DNA of 32,000 nucleotides. Source: Candidatus Omnitrophota bacterium. GTDB lineage: Bacteria > Omnitrophota > Gorgyraeia > Zapsychrales > JANLHA01. The translations under genes were made by a program, and so were the position numbers. Below the pieces are notes generated by a model. It made no database searches, had not been told where the DNA came from, and was given only the letters and a program-made list of their open reading frames with translations. Each line of letters starts with the position of its first letter. Position 1 is the first letter of the stretch. Shown one piece after another: positions 6,791 through 16,690 of the stretch. Where the stretch lies: the NCBI GenBank assembly GCA_963662715.1, contig OY759724.1:2850001-2882000 (forward strand), given 5' to 3'.

Positions 6791-8179
6791 ATGGGAGCTG
6801 CGATATCCCCCAAGACAATAAGAACAACCCGGAGTGTCTGCCCCAAATGCCTTCAGACGATTGATGCCTTTATTGTGGAAAAGGATAACAAGGTTTTCAT
6901 GCAGAAGACCTGTCAGCTGCACGGGTTTTTTGAGATATTGCTCTCAGAGACAGCCCCGTATTATTCTGAACTGGAACAGTATTATTTTGACCTGGCGGAC
7001 GAGCGCAACGAGGTGCCGGAATATGAGATCTGGCCGACCTATAAATGCAACATTGATTGCTCTATTTGCTGTTTCGGGAAACAAAATCATGAGATGGAGG
7101 ACCAGGACGCTTCTCTCTCCCAAATCGAACAGTTCATCAAAAACAGTTCCAAACGCTTTTTTATCCTTTCCGGGGGAGATCCGACCTGCCGGGATGACCT
7201 CGATCAGATCATAAAATTATTCCGGAAATACGGTAAAACGGTCACGATCAACACCAACGGCCTGAAATGCGCGAGCATAAACTATCTTAAAAAACTTAAA
7301 GAGGCTGGCCTGGACCGCCTTAACCTGCAGTTTGACGGTTTTGACCGCAAGGCCTATATTGCGCTGCGGCGTCAGGACTATCTGGATGTGAAGTTGAAGG
7401 TTATTGAAAATTTGAAAACCCTCAATATCCAGACGACGTTCAACGCAACCATAGCCAAGAATCTTAATGAGAACGCCGTTAAAGATTTAATAGATTTCGC
7501 CGCAAAGCATCCGTTTATCAACGGGGTAAACTTTTTTACGATTTGCTACCTGGGCGGCGCCAGGGACTGGGGCCCGGATAACTATATTATGCCTGATGAA
7601 ATTGTCGACTTGCTGCAGCAACAGACGGATCATAAGGTCAGCAAAGAAAATGTCTTTATATTTCAGAAACTTCATCTGGCCATAAAATCCTTTTTATCCC
7701 AGAAATGGTGTTTTTACAATCAGGTTTATCTTTTTGTCCGTGACCGGGGTTCTTATCAGCCGATCGACCGGTATTTGAACCTGGCCAAAGCCGGCCCCTG
7801 GCTGGATAAGTACCGGGACGCTTTTATCAGGAAAAAGTTCTTGTCCCGTTTTTATCTTGGCATGGCGGTTGTGTGTCTGTTCCTGAAGAAAGAATCTTTG
7901 GTCATTTTTAAGGAAATCCTTTTAAGGGGGCTGTCTTATTTCTTGAAAACCCAGCATTATCTGAAAGGCAGCCGTTTCTTTTCCGTCAGTTTTTCGACCG
8001 GGTGCGATCCGTATAAATTTGATCATGATATTGTCAAACATTGTCAAAATGAGATTATCGCGGCTCAGGATGCGACAGGGATCCTGACGGAACTGGGGAG
8101 CGACGGAATTTACTGCATGAATTTAGAGAGAAGACATTTAAACAAAACCTTAAACCAGGAAAGGACGGCGTCCCCTTAA
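6791..8179 (+). CDS. Radical SAM protein with N-terminal CxxC...CxxH metal knuckle (COG1964 / Tes-GDGT-MAS-like architecture), paralog A
   Basis: 462 aa. C17-P-K-C20-x20-C41-Q-L-H44. CX3CX2C at C86/C90/C93 (YKCNIDCSIC). LQFDGF and ENLKTLNIQTTFNATIAK. C-terminal conserved Cys (WCF..., CDPYKFDHDIVKHC). GGAG SD 5 nt upstream. Confidence 0.8.
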   Translation: MGAAISPKTIRTTRSVCPKCLQTIDAFIVEKDNKVFMQKTCQLHGFFEILLSETAPYYSELEQYYFDLADERNEVPEYEIWPTYKCNIDCSICCFGKQNHEMEDQDASLSQIEQFIKNSSKRFFILSGGDPTCRDDLDQIIKLFRKYGKTVTINTNGLKCASINYLKKLKEAGLDRLNLQFDGFDRKAYIALRRQDYLDVKLKVIENLKTLNIQTTFNATIAKNLNENAVKDLIDFAAKHPFINGVNFFTICYLGGARDWGPDNYIMPDEIVDLLQQQTDHKVSKENVFIFQKLHLAIKSFLSQKWCFYNQVYLFVRDRGSYQPIDRYLNLAKAGPWLDKYRDAFIRKKFLSRFYLGMAVVCLFLKKESLVIFKEILLRGLSYFLKTQHYLKGSRFFSVSFSTGCDPYKFDHDIVKHCQNEIIAAQDATGILTELGSDGIYCMNLERRHLNKTLNQERTASP

Positions 8180-8180
8180 T

Positions 8181-9446
8181 ATGCTCAAGGCCTACCCCCG
8201 ACATTCCGTGGATATTACAAAGCATGATTATAAACGGATGCTTGCTTTTTTGTTCGCCCCCCGGTCCGTCAAAGCCGGATATCTGAAGCGGTTCGAGCAA
8301 TCATTCGCCGGATATATCGGGACGCGGTTCGCTTTGTCCATGCCTTCCGCCAGGCTCGGTCTTTATGTCGTGTTGAAATATTTTAATTTCCCCGAGGGGA
8401 CGGAAGTTATTATCACGCCTTTCACCCATCAGAGTATCTTCACGGTTCTCAAAACATTCCGGCTGAAGCCTGTTTTTGTTGACATAGACCCCAAGACCCA
8501 TAACACCAATCCTTCTTTGGTCAAACAGTGTATCTCAGAAAAAACGCGCCTTATGGTTTTGACCCACATGTGGGGGCAGGCCTGTGATATGGACGCTTTT
8601 ATGACGCTGAAAGAGGAATACGGCCTGAAAATCATTGAAGACTGCGCCATGGCGGCCGGGGCCGTTTATAAAGGCAAAAAAGTAGGCAGTTACGGAGATG
8701 CCAGCATATTTAGTTTCGGGAAGGCGAAAGCCATTTGTGCTTTCGGAGGAGGAATGTTGTGCCTGAATGACGAGAAGATGCATGAGTTTGTCGCTTCGGT
8801 CATTAAGGATTTTCAGCCGCCCCGGCCGTTTTCTCTGGTCTTTTCCGTGATCAATTCCGTGGTCGCCAATGTCCTCACCCGTCCGCGATGTTTTTTCCTG
8901 TCGCTTTATCCGGTTATGCGGCTTTTTAATCTCAGAGACCCCTACAATCCGGTTGAGCATAAAAAGGATTCCGAAGTCATTCTGGAGCAGATGCCGGAAG
9001 AATGGAAAGTCCGGTTATCGTCTTTTCAGGCGGCCATAGGCCTTGAACAGCTTAAGACTTTGGAAGAACGCAATGACCGCAGAACCCAAAATGCCCGGAT
9101 TTTGAACTATGCCTTGAAGGACGTCCCGGATATTGGTCTGCCGGAGACGTCAGAACGCGGGCAGCATATTTATCTCTACTATGCGGTTCACATAAAGAAG
9201 AAAACCGATCTGGACAATCTCCGGAAGAAACTGTTGGCGCGGGCCGTGGATACCCAGCTGAATGAATTGACGAATCCCGAGCAGTTAAGCATTTTTGGCG
9301 CGGACAGCGGGTCTTTTCCGGTCTTTGACAAGATCTCTCCCAACATTCTTGTTATTCCCAACGGAATAATGCTGAATGAGCAGGATATCCATGCGGTGGC
9401 ACAGGCGGTCAGGGAATGCCTTGGGCCCGGCGGGGGTGAGATGTAA
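8181..9446 (+). CDS. DegT/DnrJ/EryC1/StrS-family PLP-dependent aminotransferase (paralog 2, long form with internal insertion)
   Basis: 421 aa. YLKRFEQSFAGYIG. IIEDCAMAAGAVYKGKKVGSYGDASIFSFGKAKAICAFGGGML with Lys in FGKAK. RLSSFQAAIGLEQLKTL. Between the Lys region and the QAAxGxxQL helix there is a segment ~50 aa longer than in paralog 1, partly hydrophobic. Confidence 0.8.
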   Translation: MLKAYPRHSVDITKHDYKRMLAFLFAPRSVKAGYLKRFEQSFAGYIGTRFALSMPSARLGLYVVLKYFNFPEGTEVIITPFTHQSIFTVLKTFRLKPVFVDIDPKTHNTNPSLVKQCISEKTRLMVLTHMWGQACDMDAFMTLKEEYGLKIIEDCAMAAGAVYKGKKVGSYGDASIFSFGKAKAICAFGGGMLCLNDEKMHEFVASVIKDFQPPRPFSLVFSVINSVVANVLTRPRCFFLSLYPVMRLFNLRDPYNPVEHKKDSEVILEQMPEEWKVRLSSFQAAIGLEQLKTLEERNDRRTQNARILNYALKDVPDIGLPETSERGQHIYLYYAVHIKKKTDLDNLRKKLLARAVDTQLNELTNPEQLSIFGADSGSFPVFDKISPNILVIPNGIMLNEQDIHAVAQAVRECLGPGGGEM

Positions 9447-9449
9447 GAT

Positions 9450-10763
9450 ATGATAAAGGATGATAAGTTCAGTCACATCGTCAGGGCGACTGAAAGCGTG
9501 TGTCCGGTTTGTCTGGACTCCGTTCAGGCATTGGTGCAAATCCGGGGGGAGTCTGTTTATCTTGAAAAGACATGTCCCCGGCACGGAGATTTCCGCGTCC
9601 TCTTATCGAAACACGCCAAAGATTATAAGGAGTTGTCGGATTGCTATTTCTATTTTATCCCGCAGGCTTTGGTGCAGAAAGAATATTACCTCTGCGCAAC
9701 CATGCAGTGCAATATCTCCTGCCCGATTTGTTTTCTGGATTACTGTCAGGACAGGCAGGACCTCTCTTTTGAACGTCTGGCAGACAACCTCCGCGATAAA
9801 ACAGACGTGGAAAGATTTACTTTTTCCCATGGCGAACCGACCGTCAGTCCGCAATTACCCGATATGATCCGGGCTTTGAAACGGGCGAATAAACTGGTTA
9901 ACATTCATACCAACGGCGTCAGACTGGCGGATTATGATTATGCGCTTTCCTTGAGGAACGCCGGGCTCGACCATGTCAGCCTGCAGTTCGATGGTTTCCG
10001 GGACGAGATTTATCAGGCTCTCCGGGGGGCGCGGTTATTGGATGTTAAATTAAAAGCTCTGGAGAACCTCAAACGTTTATCCTTGCCGGTCACTTTAAAT
10101 GTCACGGTGGCCAAGGAGGTGAACGATGATGAATGCGGCCGGATCTTCGATTATGTCGTTAAAAATGATTTCATGAAAGACCTGAGTTATATCACTTATT
10201 GCCATTATTCTCCTGACGATAAGGATATGGAACGTTATATGATGCCCGATGATCTTTTGGTTATTCTGGAAAAACACACCCAAGGCCGGCTGCAAAGAGA
10301 AAATATCATCCATTTTCAGAAACTATATTATGCTTATCTCAGTGCGTCGCATAAGAGAAAATGCTTCAATTATTATCATTATTTTATCGTCCGGACAAAG
10401 ACAGGCTATCGCGGAATCGACCAGTACCTGGATTTAAAAAAGATCGCGCGGGCCATAGACCGCTGCAAAGATCAAAAGAAGAAGATGACGCGCTGGAGGC
10501 TTTATAAAATATTGCTGACATCCTTGAAAAAATCCAGCCTGTTTTTGATCCCTTATGGGGTGTCCCTGGTGTTGAGAGGGGGATATCCCAAAAAACCGGG
10601 ACGGTTCCTGGTGGTGACCTTTGCCAGTATCTGTGACCCTTATAAGTATGATGCCACGGTCGCTTTGAATTGCGGGCAGGGGATTGTGACGCAGAAAAAT
10701 GAACAGGAAAGTTACGGTTCATATATTATCGAAGAAATGAAAACTTTAAGAGTCCAGTCATGA
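9450..10763 (+). CDS. Radical SAM protein with N-terminal CxxC...CxxH metal knuckle (COG1964 / Tes-GDGT-MAS-like architecture), paralog B
   Basis: 437 aa. C18-P-V-C21-x20-C42-P-R-H45. MQCNISCPIC. VSLQFDGF and ENLKRLSLPVTLNVTVAK. KCFNYYH and CDPYKYDATVALNC. Confidence 0.8.
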   Translation: MIKDDKFSHIVRATESVCPVCLDSVQALVQIRGESVYLEKTCPRHGDFRVLLSKHAKDYKELSDCYFYFIPQALVQKEYYLCATMQCNISCPICFLDYCQDRQDLSFERLADNLRDKTDVERFTFSHGEPTVSPQLPDMIRALKRANKLVNIHTNGVRLADYDYALSLRNAGLDHVSLQFDGFRDEIYQALRGARLLDVKLKALENLKRLSLPVTLNVTVAKEVNDDECGRIFDYVVKNDFMKDLSYITYCHYSPDDKDMERYMMPDDLLVILEKHTQGRLQRENIIHFQKLYYAYLSASHKRKCFNYYHYFIVRTKTGYRGIDQYLDLKKIARAIDRCKDQKKKMTRWRLYKILLTSLKKSSLFLIPYGVSLVLRGGYPKKPGRFLVVTFASICDPYKYDATVALNCGQGIVTQKNEQESYGSYIIEEMKTLRVQS

Positions 10764-12337
10764 AAATTGCCTTTGTCAATGATTCCTGCGAACGGTTAGG
10801 CGTGGAGTACATTTCGGCCGTCCTTAAACAACACGGCCACACCGTTAAGCTCTTCGCCGATCCCCAGCTGTTTAATGACGAAAATTTCACCATCGCTCCT
10901 TTCGCAAGGTTTTTTGACTATACGGAAGAACTTGTCGCGGATATCAAGGCGTTTCAGCCGGATTTAATCGCATTTTCCGTCGTGACCGACTTTTATCAAT
11001 GGGCCTGCCGCCTGGCCAGGCGGATTAAGTCTGAGATGGATGTCCCGGTCCTTTTCGGCGGTATTCATGCCACTTCCGTACCTGAAAAAGTCCTGCAGCA
11101 GGATTGTGTCGATATGGTCTGCCGGGGGGAGGGGGAATACGCTCTTTTGGATCTTGTCACGAGTATGGAGCGGGGGGCGATAGATTATGCCACCCGGAAT
11201 ATTTGGTTTAAAAAAGACGGCCGGGTTATTAGGAATGAAGTCCGCCCGTTGATAGAGAACCTGGATGAGCTTCCTTTTGCGGACAAAGATCTTTTTTACG
11301 AAGCCAGCGCCCATTTTTCCCGGTGTTATTTCTTAATGACCAACCGCGGGTGCGCCTATGCCTGTAGTTATTGCTGCAATTCGTTCCTTAAAAAATTTTA
11401 TCAGGACAAGGGGAAATATCTGCGGTTCCGCAGCGTCTCTAACGTTATCCGGGAACTGGTATGGGCCAAGGAAAAGTACGGTATCCGCATGATCCGTATC
11501 CACGACGATGATTTCCTGACCCATGACGTCAAGTGGTTCGAAGAATTTTCCGGGCAGTATGCCGGGCGGATCAAAGCCCCGTTCGCCTGTTTTACTCATC
11601 CCAACAGCGTGACGGAACGCAAGGCCGCTCTTCTTAAGAAAGCGGGCTGTCATGATATCGAAGTGGGGGTCCAGTCCATCTCCGCCAAAACACGTTACGA
11701 GGTCTTAAACCGCCGTGTTTCCGATGAGCAGTTAAGCAAAGCCATCCGCATCTTAAAAGACGCCGGGATCAAAGTTATCACGGATAATATCCTGGGGCTC
11801 CCGCACCAAAGTGATCAGGAACTGCTGGATCTTATGAGATTTTATAATAAAAACCGGATCATGAAGATTTACTGTTTTGGGTTCCGGCACTACCCGGCCA
11901 CGGATATCGTGGAGTATTCCCGAAAAGCCTCTTTGCTGACCCGGGAGGATGTTGAGAACCTGGAAAACGGCGTGAATGTCAAAACATTCATCCAGAGCGG
12001 GGATATCTTAAGCCGGGAAGCCAAACAGCTGCAGACTTTCTTTGCGTTTCTGCTTTATCTTCCGGAATCCTTTAACAATTTTATACTGAACAGAAAATTG
12101 TACCGTTTTTTCATTCCGTTACCGTATTATATTCTTGTTATTTTCTCCAACTGGCTGAGGATCCCGTATCGTTACAACTGGGCGTTGCACATTACGGTTT
12201 GCCGTTACGGCACATATATTTTCAGGCGTTTCAAGAGCAAGCTGCGGTTTCCCGGGATGTTTGCCCGGGGAAAAAGAACTGATTTTATTCTTAAACATCC
12301 CGTAGGGCAGGAATGCGGTTCAGGAGAGAGGGCTTGA
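10760..12337 (+). CDS. B12-binding-domain radical SAM protein (class B-like), tandem paralog 1
   Basis: 525 aa. Rossmann-like N-domain MKIAFVNDSCERLGVEYISAVLKQHGH...PDLIAFSVVTDFYQWA...FGGIHATSVPEKVL...VCRGEGEYALLDL. Radical SAM motif NRGCAYACSYCC. C-terminal hydrophobic/basic extension. ATGA overlap with the upstream gene. Confidence 0.85.
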   Translation: MKIAFVNDSCERLGVEYISAVLKQHGHTVKLFADPQLFNDENFTIAPFARFFDYTEELVADIKAFQPDLIAFSVVTDFYQWACRLARRIKSEMDVPVLFGGIHATSVPEKVLQQDCVDMVCRGEGEYALLDLVTSMERGAIDYATRNIWFKKDGRVIRNEVRPLIENLDELPFADKDLFYEASAHFSRCYFLMTNRGCAYACSYCCNSFLKKFYQDKGKYLRFRSVSNVIRELVWAKEKYGIRMIRIHDDDFLTHDVKWFEEFSGQYAGRIKAPFACFTHPNSVTERKAALLKKAGCHDIEVGVQSISAKTRYEVLNRRVSDEQLSKAIRILKDAGIKVITDNILGLPHQSDQELLDLMRFYNKNRIMKIYCFGFRHYPATDIVEYSRKASLLTREDVENLENGVNVKTFIQSGDILSREAKQLQTFFAFLLYLPESFNNFILNRKLYRFFIPLPYYILVIFSNWLRIPYRYNWALHITVCRYGTYIFRRFKSKLRFPGMFARGKRTDFILKHPVGQECGSGERA

Positions 12338-13671
12338 TGAAGACCTATTTTATAACAGCTTCGACATTCTGCATGGAAAGAATGCTGGACTGCCAGAAAA
12401 TTTCCGATTACTTAAAAATGAACGGCTGGCGGCCGGTGAGGCGGATCAAGAAAGCCGGTTTGATTATTGTCAGCACATGTTCTTTCGGCCGGGAAGAAGA
12501 CGATAGCTCGCTCGATTATATCCGGTTTTACCTGCGCCGGAAGTTGCCTGAAGCACAATTTTTTATCATCGGGTGCGTGCCGGCGATCAATCCCGAACAG
12601 CTTGCCTCTCTGGGCGATATCCCCACGCTTTCTCCCACCACGTTGTCCCGGCTCGACACTTTGCTGCAGCCGTCTGTGAAATTCGCGGATGTCCCGGAGC
12701 CGAACAAGATTCTTGCCGCGGAGGTCATGCACAGCGTTTTTTTGAAAAAAGCTCTCTGGCTCCGGTCCTACGTGCGGCAGGCCTTGAAGGATGTCCCGCC
12801 CGGCCCGGCGGTTCTGAGAAAAGGGGGGCAAGCGCTGAAAACCGGGATCAAGTACTTTCCGGTGCTGAAATCACACATTAATCCTTTCCTCTCCTGCAAC
12901 CGGAACGGATTTTATTATCTGCGGATTTCCAAAGGGTGTCTGGGGAGCTGCAGCTACTGTGCCAAGAGACATTCTACCGGGCGGCTCAGGAGCAAACCGG
13001 ATGATATGATCGTTCAGGAGTTTCAAAAAGGATTGCAAGCCGGGGAGAAAAGGTTCTACCTCTTAACGGAAGACGTCGGGTGCTACGGAATTGATCAGGA
13101 AACGACTGTCATGGCTCTGCTGAAAAGGATATTTGCTGTGGGGCATGCCCAGGAATTCCGGATTGTTGTTTCCAATTTTAACGCCCGCTGGTTTGTCAAG
13201 TATTATGACGAACTGGAAGAGCTCTTTGTGAAATATCAGACCAAAATTCTTTATGTGCAGATTCCGATCCAATCCGGGAGTACGCGGATTTTAGGGCTGA
13301 TGGACCGGCATTATACGGCGGAAGACCTGAAAGAAAAACTGCTGGCTTTAAGGCGCAAGGCCCCGGCGCTTAACCTAACGACAGACATGATTGCCGGTTT
13401 TCCCGGAGAAACCGATGAGGATTTTGAATTAACCAAGCAGTTCGTCTCTGAAATCCGGTTTCAGCATATTGATATTTTTGGATATGAACACCGGCCCAAC
13501 ACCCGGGCGGGGGCCCTGACGGGGCAGCTTTCCCAGGAAGTGATAGACCAAAGGGTTTTCGAACTCGCCCGATGGCAGAATAAATATTCCCAAACAAGGA
13601 CTGTCATCGGCAAATTGATCGAGGTGGCCAAGGAAAATGCGCAGCGGTACCGGACGAATTCAAGACAATAA
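12337..13671 (+). CDS. Methylthiotransferase-like radical SAM protein (MiaB/RimO/MtaB-type N-domain + rSAM core) with a short, apparently TRAM-less C-terminus
   Basis: Track ORF starts at 12313, but ATG 12337 shares one base with the upstream TGA (TGATG) and gives MKTYFITASTFCMERM.... Cys triad C12/C48/C80 has spacing 36/32, versus 36/31 in this window's own MtaB. Radical SAM motif ISKGCLGSCSYCAKRHSTGRLRSKP. The tail after the core ends ...IGKLIEVAKENAQRYRTNSRQ. Confidence 0.75.
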   Translation: MKTYFITASTFCMERMLDCQKISDYLKMNGWRPVRRIKKAGLIIVSTCSFGREEDDSSLDYIRFYLRRKLPEAQFFIIGCVPAINPEQLASLGDIPTLSPTTLSRLDTLLQPSVKFADVPEPNKILAAEVMHSVFLKKALWLRSYVRQALKDVPPGPAVLRKGGQALKTGIKYFPVLKSHINPFLSCNRNGFYYLRISKGCLGSCSYCAKRHSTGRLRSKPDDMIVQEFQKGLQAGEKRFYLLTEDVGCYGIDQETTVMALLKRIFAVGHAQEFRIVVSNFNARWFVKYYDELEELFVKYQTKILYVQIPIQSGSTRILGLMDRHYTAEDLKEKLLALRRKAPALNLTTDMIAGFPGETDEDFELTKQFVSEIRFQHIDIFGYEHRPNTRAGALTGQLSQEVIDQRVFELARWQNKYSQTRTVIGKLIEVAKENAQRYRTNSRQ

Positions 13672-13673
13672 AC

Positions 13674-15182
13674 ATGATGAAGAAAAAAGGTTTGAAAATT
13701 GCTTTTGTCAATGATTCCTGCGAGCATTTAGGGGTTGAGTATATATCAGCCGTCTTGAAGGCCGCAGGCCATCAGACGCAACTGTTTGTCGACCCCTTGT
13801 TATTTGATGATGAATTTATTACGGTCAAAGCCCTAAGCAAGTGTTTTGATTATAAAACGAAAATTATCAAGGAATTAAAAAGTTACGGGCCTGACCTTAT
13901 CACCATGTCGGTTGTCTCCAGTTTTTATCCCTGGGCTTCCGGTATGGCGCGTTTAATCAAACAGGAGATTCCTGTTCCCGTCATTATGGGCGGCGCTCAT
14001 CCCACGGCTGTCCCGGAGAGGGTCATTCAGAATGAGTTTGTTGATATGGTCTGTGTCGGAGAAGGGGAGTATTCTATGCTGGAGCTGGCCAACAGCATGG
14101 CGGCGGGCAAGGTCGATACCACTATTAAGAATATCTGGTTTAAACAAGACGGACGGATCATACGCAATGAGCTGCGGCCCCTTATCGATAACCTGGATGA
14201 GCTTCCCATGCCGGATAAGGAGCTTTACTATTCCGCCAGCCCGCATTTTTCCCAAAGCTATTATATTACCGCCAGCCGGGGGTGTCCTTATGCCTGCAGT
14301 TATTGCTGCAACTCTTACCTGCGGTCCCTGTATAAAGGGCTGGGGCCTTATCGTCGTCAGCGCAGCCCAGGTCATGTGATCGGGGAATTGGTCGAGGCGA
14401 AAAAACGCTTTGCCATTGATCCGGTTTTCTTCCTGGATGACTGCTTTGCCTACGATCTTCAGTGGCTTAAAGAGTTTGCCCCGGCCTACCGGAAGCAGGT
14501 CGGCATAAGATTTTATTGTATGATGTTCCCTGACGATAAAATGGAGGAAGCCTTAAAATATCTGAAATTAGCCGGATGCGGAGAGATTGAAATCGGGGTG
14601 CAGTCCTGGGATGAAGATGTCCGGCGGAATATTTTTCACCGCCGTGTTTCAAACGAGACGATGATCCGGACGATGAAGCTTATTAAAAAAGAGAATATCA
14701 ATCTGGTGACCGGAGATATTCTGGGCTACCCGGGACAAAGAGAAGAGCATATCCTGAAGGCCGCGCATATTTATACGGAGATAAAACCCAGCCGGACCTA
14801 TTCTTTTATCCTGAAATATTTCCCCAAAACACAGATCACGGAAGAGGCGGTTAAAAAGGGCCAGCTAAAAGGTGAGGATGTGGAAAAGATCCTGGACGGG
14901 CATTACGGGAAATATCTGTCGAAAGACGGGAGCATGACGGAAAAAGAGGTGATGCAGTATCTGTTCCTTTTCCTGCTTGTGCGCATCCTGCCCGTCCGGA
15001 TGGCGCGGGCTGTTATCCGTAAACGTCTCTACCGGAAATTTCCGGTGGTTCTTACGCCGGCCGCCATCTCCATTTTGAACAATTTTTCGACATCCACTTT
15101 TGAATCTAAAATTAACCGGCGAAGCGCATGGCACCGGTATATTTATTTTTTAAAGAAGATGTTCTTTAAAGGCAAACGATGA
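13674..15182 (+). CDS. B12-binding-domain radical SAM protein, tandem paralog 2
   Basis: 502 aa. LKIAFVNDSCEHLGVEYISAVLKAAGH, MGGAHPTAVPERVI, VCVGEGEYSMLEL, SRGCPYACSYCC. C-terminal VIRKRLYRKFPVVLTPAAISIL extension. Confidence 0.85.
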   Translation: MMKKKGLKIAFVNDSCEHLGVEYISAVLKAAGHQTQLFVDPLLFDDEFITVKALSKCFDYKTKIIKELKSYGPDLITMSVVSSFYPWASGMARLIKQEIPVPVIMGGAHPTAVPERVIQNEFVDMVCVGEGEYSMLELANSMAAGKVDTTIKNIWFKQDGRIIRNELRPLIDNLDELPMPDKELYYSASPHFSQSYYITASRGCPYACSYCCNSYLRSLYKGLGPYRRQRSPGHVIGELVEAKKRFAIDPVFFLDDCFAYDLQWLKEFAPAYRKQVGIRFYCMMFPDDKMEEALKYLKLAGCGEIEIGVQSWDEDVRRNIFHRRVSNETMIRTMKLIKKENINLVTGDILGYPGQREEHILKAAHIYTEIKPSRTYSFILKYFPKTQITEEAVKKGQLKGEDVEKILDGHYGKYLSKDGSMTEKEVMQYLFLFLLVRILPVRMARAVIRKRLYRKFPVVLTPAAISILNNFSTSTFESKINRRSAWHRYIYFLKKMFFKGKR

Positions 15183-16675
15183 AAATCGCATTTATCAATG
15201 ATTCCGCTCAGCAGCTGGGCATTCAGTACATGTCCGCTGTGCTGAAACAGCACGGCCATGATGTGAGGCTGTTTATGGACCCCCAGCTGTTTGCTGACGA
15301 TGTTATACAGATCAAAAGGCTCAACCGCCTGCTTGACATGAGAAAAGACATCGTCCGGCGGGTCAAGGACTATGCTCCGGATCTGGTCGGCATATCCGTT
15401 GTCACTGATTTTTATCAATGGGCCAGCCAGATAGCCCGGATGATCAAGGATGAAATGGATGTCCCTATCATTGCCGGAGGCATCCATCCGACCTCGGTTC
15501 CGGAACGGGTCCTGCAGGATGAATGCTTTGACATGGTGTGCCTGGGGGAGGGGGAATTTCCGCTTTTGGAATTAGCCGACAGCATGCAAAGAGGAAAAAT
15601 GGACACCTCCATCCCGAATATCTGGTTTAAAGAAAACGGCCGGATCATTAAAAATGAACTCCGGCCGCTTCTTGAAGACCTTGACGCTTTGCCGCTGCCG
15701 GACACGGACTTGTATTATTCCGTCAGCCCTCATTTTAGAAGGACCGGGTTGTATATTACGATGACGTCCCGCGGCTGTCCGAATGCCTGCAGTTACTGCT
15801 GTTTCTCCTATCTGCAGGACCTGTATAAAGGCAAGGGCAAACGGATCAGGCAGCGCAGCGTTCAAAATGTGATTGAAGAGTTGAGAATCAATAAGGCAAA
15901 ATATAAAATAAAGTTTATCGCGTTTATGGATAACTGTTTCGGGTATGATGTGAAATGGCTCAGGGAATTCACCCCGGTTTACCGTTCGGAAATCGGCATA
16001 AAGTTCTGGTGCATCATGCACCCCAAAGACGTTACAGAAGAAACCCTCCGGCACCTCAAACAGGCCGGATGCCATACCATTGACATGGGCGTGCAGTCCT
16101 GGAACGAGGATATACGAAAAGAAGTCCTTCACCGGGATGTCGATAACGATACGATGGCCCGGGCTATTCAGATCGTTAAGGATGCCGGGATCGAAATTAT
16201 GACCGACAGCATTTTTGACCTGCCCGGGCAGACAGAAGAGGATGTCCTGGAAAGCGCCCGGAGATACGTTGAGATCAGGCCGAAGCGGATATATTTTTAC
16301 ATGTTACGGCATTATCCGAACACCCTCATAACCCGGTTGGCCAAACAAGATCAGCGGCTTGCGCCGGCCAGGTATGAAGAAGTGATGAGCGGGGTGAATG
16401 TCACGTCCTTTACGGTCGGCGGAGACCAGGTCAACCAGAGAATGATTCAGTTCCAAATCCTGTTTTATTTGATTGATCTGATCCCCAAAAGCATAAGCCG
16501 GTATATCATTCGCAAAAGACTTTATCGGTATTTCCCTGTGGCTTTGGGGCCGGCTATTATTGTCATCCTGCGCAATCTTTTGGCTTTTGATATGAATGCG
16601 CGGCTTCAACGCGCCTGGGCTTTTAATCGCTACGCCTATTTTATCTGGCAGAAATTAAAACCTTTAAAGAAATAA
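15179..16675 (+). CDS. B12-binding-domain radical SAM protein, tandem paralog 3
   Basis: 498 aa. MKIAFINDSAQQLGIQYMSAVLKQHGH, AGGIHPTSVPERVL, VCLGEGEFPLLEL, SRGCPNACSYCC. IIRKRLYRYFPVALGPAIIVIL tail. ATGA overlap with paralog 2. Confidence 0.85.
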   Translation: MKIAFINDSAQQLGIQYMSAVLKQHGHDVRLFMDPQLFADDVIQIKRLNRLLDMRKDIVRRVKDYAPDLVGISVVTDFYQWASQIARMIKDEMDVPIIAGGIHPTSVPERVLQDECFDMVCLGEGEFPLLELADSMQRGKMDTSIPNIWFKENGRIIKNELRPLLEDLDALPLPDTDLYYSVSPHFRRTGLYITMTSRGCPNACSYCCFSYLQDLYKGKGKRIRQRSVQNVIEELRINKAKYKIKFIAFMDNCFGYDVKWLREFTPVYRSEIGIKFWCIMHPKDVTEETLRHLKQAGCHTIDMGVQSWNEDIRKEVLHRDVDNDTMARAIQIVKDAGIEIMTDSIFDLPGQTEEDVLESARRYVEIRPKRIYFYMLRHYPNTLITRLAKQDQRLAPARYEEVMSGVNVTSFTVGGDQVNQRMIQFQILFYLIDLIPKSISRYIIRKRLYRYFPVALGPAIIVILRNLLAFDMNARLQRAWAFNRYAYFIWQKLKPLKK

Positions 16676-16690
16676 GCGGACTGGCAAATC

